A stretch of 38,731 nucleotides of DNA from Octopus bimaculoides. Its lineage: Eukaryota. Position numbers and translations under genes: made by a program. Below the pieces are notes generated by a model that saw nothing but the letters and a program-made list of their open reading frames with translations, searched no databases and was not told the origin of the DNA. The DNA lies in assembly GCF_001194135.2 (NCBI RefSeq), contig NC_068986.1, positions 74,395,148-74,433,878 of the forward strand, given 5' to 3'. Within the stretch, counting starts at the first letter, position 1. The number at the start of each line of letters is the position of its first letter. Shown here piece after piece: positions 35,971 to 38,731 of the stretch.

Positions 35971-36435
35971 ATAAAAGTCAGGAGGTAGGAGAGGTGAATA
36001 TATATTTATTTAACCACATGACATCTTTTTACAACCTCCTTTATGTAATACTAATTTCAGTGTGGAAGAAGTTATGCTTACATGTTAGCATAAATATCTA
36101 TGCTCGGCATTATACAATACAATCACATGTTCACAAATCAATGTATGTAAAGAAAGCTAGCTCATCACATCACTGGAAGTTCATGGTTACATCAACGATT
36201 CAAGTCAGAGTTGAACGTTGTTTTATGCTGTTAAGAGTGACCTCTGTTGCAGCAATAACTATTTTTTTTTTCTTTCTTTTTTTTTTTTTACATTTGGTTG
36301 TGGTGTGAAGTCACTGTTGCTATTGTTGTTGTTGTTGTTATTGTTGCAATAACAACAACAACAACACTAGTTGTTGCAGTGTTTAGTTTCGGTTGTGACC
36401 AAAAACAGTCAAGGCGAAGGTGTAGAGTGAATCAG

Positions 36436-36472
<37 letters not shown>

Positions 36473-36499
36473 GCAACAGCAACAGCAGCAGCAGCAACA

Positions 36500-36545
<46 letters not shown>

Positions 36546-36745
36546 TCTACTACTATAACAACTGGTGATGGTGGTGGTGGTAGTGGTGATTGTAGTGATG
36601 GTACTAGTAGTATTGGTAGTAACAGTGTTGATGGTGGTGGTAGTAGTAGTAGTGGCAGTAGTGGTAGTAGCAGTGGTGGTGGTGGTGGTGATGACAGCAG
36701 CGGTGGCAGCAGTGGTGGTGGTAGTAGCAGTAGTAGCAATAGTAC
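36436..36745. repeat. (CAG/CAA)n, (TAG)n and (GGT/AGT)n trinucleotide block
   Basis: Direct sequence. Confidence 0.9.
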
Positions 36746-37338
36746 ATCCTTTAATTGTGATTCACACATTTCATGCATGATATCACAATTCAACTGAATC
36801 CACCTTGCACTCACTCCCCACTCCTTTCTCTAATGAACATTCTCGAATTAAAAGGAAAAAAAAAAAAAGAAAATGAGTAAAACGTAAAAATAAAAGTAAA
36901 ATAATAAAAAAAAAGTCACAACTGAGAAAAATCCCAATCCAATGTTTCATTTCCTTATTCCTCCACCATCGCTCCCTTCTTTTTTCGCACCCCACCCCAT
37001 CTCCACCACCTCACCCCTGATTCCATCAATTTTTCTGGCATCATTTTCCCATAACTTTCTGAGCTACTCCCTCCATTCATCCCTTTCTCAACTACTAGTT
37101 TTTATTCAACCCCCCAACCCTATCTAACCCATCCATCCATCCATCCATCCAGGCAGTTATTCATTCAACCATCTACCCAACCAAATCATTCACTAGCTGG
37201 ATCTATCGACAGTCCCCAAACTACCACCACTACCACCAACACTAACACACTATTGCAACTACCATCACTACCAACAGCACCCTTGCAGATACCCATGTAA
37301 CTATAAGTGATAGAGGCATGTATAAGGCAATAAGGGTA

Positions 37339-37487
37339 TCTATAGGGAAATATGAATATTTACAGGTCACATGAGTTTCTATGGCTATCTACGGAACCAC
37401 ATGTGTGTCTTTTGGATCGCATGGCTATCTATAGGTCCACATGTATATCTATGGGGACTACATGAGTATCAGTAGGGCAACATGTTC
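37339..37487. repeat. Degenerate ~20-bp minisatellite
   Basis: About 7 units with approximate consensus gtatctatagggncacatga. Confidence 0.65.
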
Positions 37488-38110
37488 CTCAGTCTGGTAC
37501 CACACCATCAAAAGTGCATTAATCCAGGTAAAAAGCCAGCTTCCCTTGTATATTCTTGAACCCTCTCATCCAAAAGCCTTGGGTTCTATCAGGCCCTGGA
37601 GCTTTCCTGTTCTGTAAGCCCCTTAACCTGATTTTCCACTTCCTCACGTTTTACTCTGATTGGACAGCTTGATTGACACCTTGATTACTGGATCCGCTTT
37701 TACTTCCAACAACCATTTTGTTTCCCAGACAGATCTAACCAAAAGTGTAGATTTTCTTCCAAATCAGGAAGTACACACACCCCAGTTTCACTGTTCAAAT
37801 ACCTATAAAACTGCTACTGGTTTCAGCAAAAGGTCTTTTTACTGTTTTTGAGTTGTTCTTTCCAAGTATCTCCTGATTTTTGTTACTTTCCAGGGACTCT
37901 GCATCTTATTTTCTCCATCTTTGTCCAAAAACCCTTCTCTTTCAGGTTGTATTTCCTTTCAAACATTCTTTACTTGTATTCCTTAGCATTCTTCCAACAC
38001 ACATTATACCAATTCACTATCTTCCCTAGATGCTTTCTCAGAGTTGCTATATCTCATTCAATTCACCTCTTCCATCCTTTTCTGTGTCCATCTTCTTAAC
38101 ACCTATTCAT
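37488..38110 (-). mobile_element. Internal fragment of a dead R4/Dong-clade LINE (region leading into the RT)
   Basis: The minus strand gives RIE*DIATLRK, FERKYNLKEKG and NRKAPGPDRTQGFWMRGF..DGVVPD*, resembling the R4/Dong motif NWKAPGPDGxQGFW...G.VPEW. Confidence 0.85.
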
Positions 38111-38172
38111 TCTCTTACTACAAATGCCAAAATTTTGTGATATCACCCACCTTTACATACTGCAAAACTCTA

Positions 38173-38365
38173 TTAACTCTTTAAGCATTTAAACTGACCA
38201 TATCTGGCCAAAGTATTCTACCCATTTTATGTTCAATCTGGCCAGATCTGGCTTGTCACACCAACCCTATAATATCATTGTAAAAATTAACAAGTACCTC
38301 ATCAAATTCTCATAGCTACAAAACAGTATATGATTATTATAAAACAATCTATAAACATACACTGA
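38173..38365. mobile_element. piggyBac-like MITE, one end lost
   Basis: ttaactctttaagcatttaaactgaccatatctggcc; homologous to the 22304 copy. Confidence 0.75.
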
Positions 38366-38700
38366 CAGTCTATATATGTGTGTGTGTGTGTGTGTATGCA
38401 TGTACAGGTGTAGACAGACAGACAGATTTTTCTGTAACTGTTGCTAAAACATTGACAGAAAACCTCAATAATTCAAATAACGCACACCATTCCTTGTGTT
38501 TTAGGCTTCCTGGTTTGCTTAGACTCCATTATTTTATCATCATTTGTGGTGGTTTCTTCACCAAACATCTGTCTGTATTGGCTACTTTGTCAGTTAAAAT
38601 TCACATATTGTTTATATATATTGATTTTTGGATTGTATAAATATGATTCTGTTTTATTATATGTACAAGGAGGATTTCTTTTTTAGAAATGATCTTTTAT

Positions 38701-38731
38701 AAGGCGCAGGAGTGGCTGTGTGGTAAGTAGC
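38701..38731 (+). mobile_element. SINE family A head, cut by the window end
   Basis: aaggcgcaggagtggctgtgtggtaagtagc. Confidence 0.9.

Noticed and set aside
36383-36814. Poly-Q, poly-S and poly-C ORFs from the CAG/CAA tract
   Set aside because: The poly-Q frame is bounded closely by stops and has no donor; it is embedded in other trinucleotide repeats.

Overview
AT-rich, microsatellite-dense eukaryotic DNA with seven N gaps. It is most likely octopus (Octopus sp.), inferred from my recognition of the SINE families rather than from a database search. It looks intronic or intergenic. No intact protein-coding gene, RNA gene, CRISPR array or prokaryotic system can be supported. Most ORFs in the track are translations of simple repeats or N runs. 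The explainable content is: several tRNA-derived SINE families (my working labels A-D); an RTE-type non-autonomous element with a (CAT)n/(ATG)n tail (E); dead LINE fragments (RTE, R4/Dong, probable L1/Tx1); TTAA-flanked piggyBac-like MITEs; and microsatellites. The most interesting structures are two R4/Dong fragments nested in the (TAA)n tails of tandem SINE-B copies (26.0-27.9 kb), a 185-bp-arm fold-back palindrome at the truncated end of an RTE fragment (4047-4429), and a 66-bp tandem array inside element E. A few short splice-flanked open segments may be host exons but are unproven. Repeat boundaries are hand estimates (about +/-10-30 bp) and family names are provisional.
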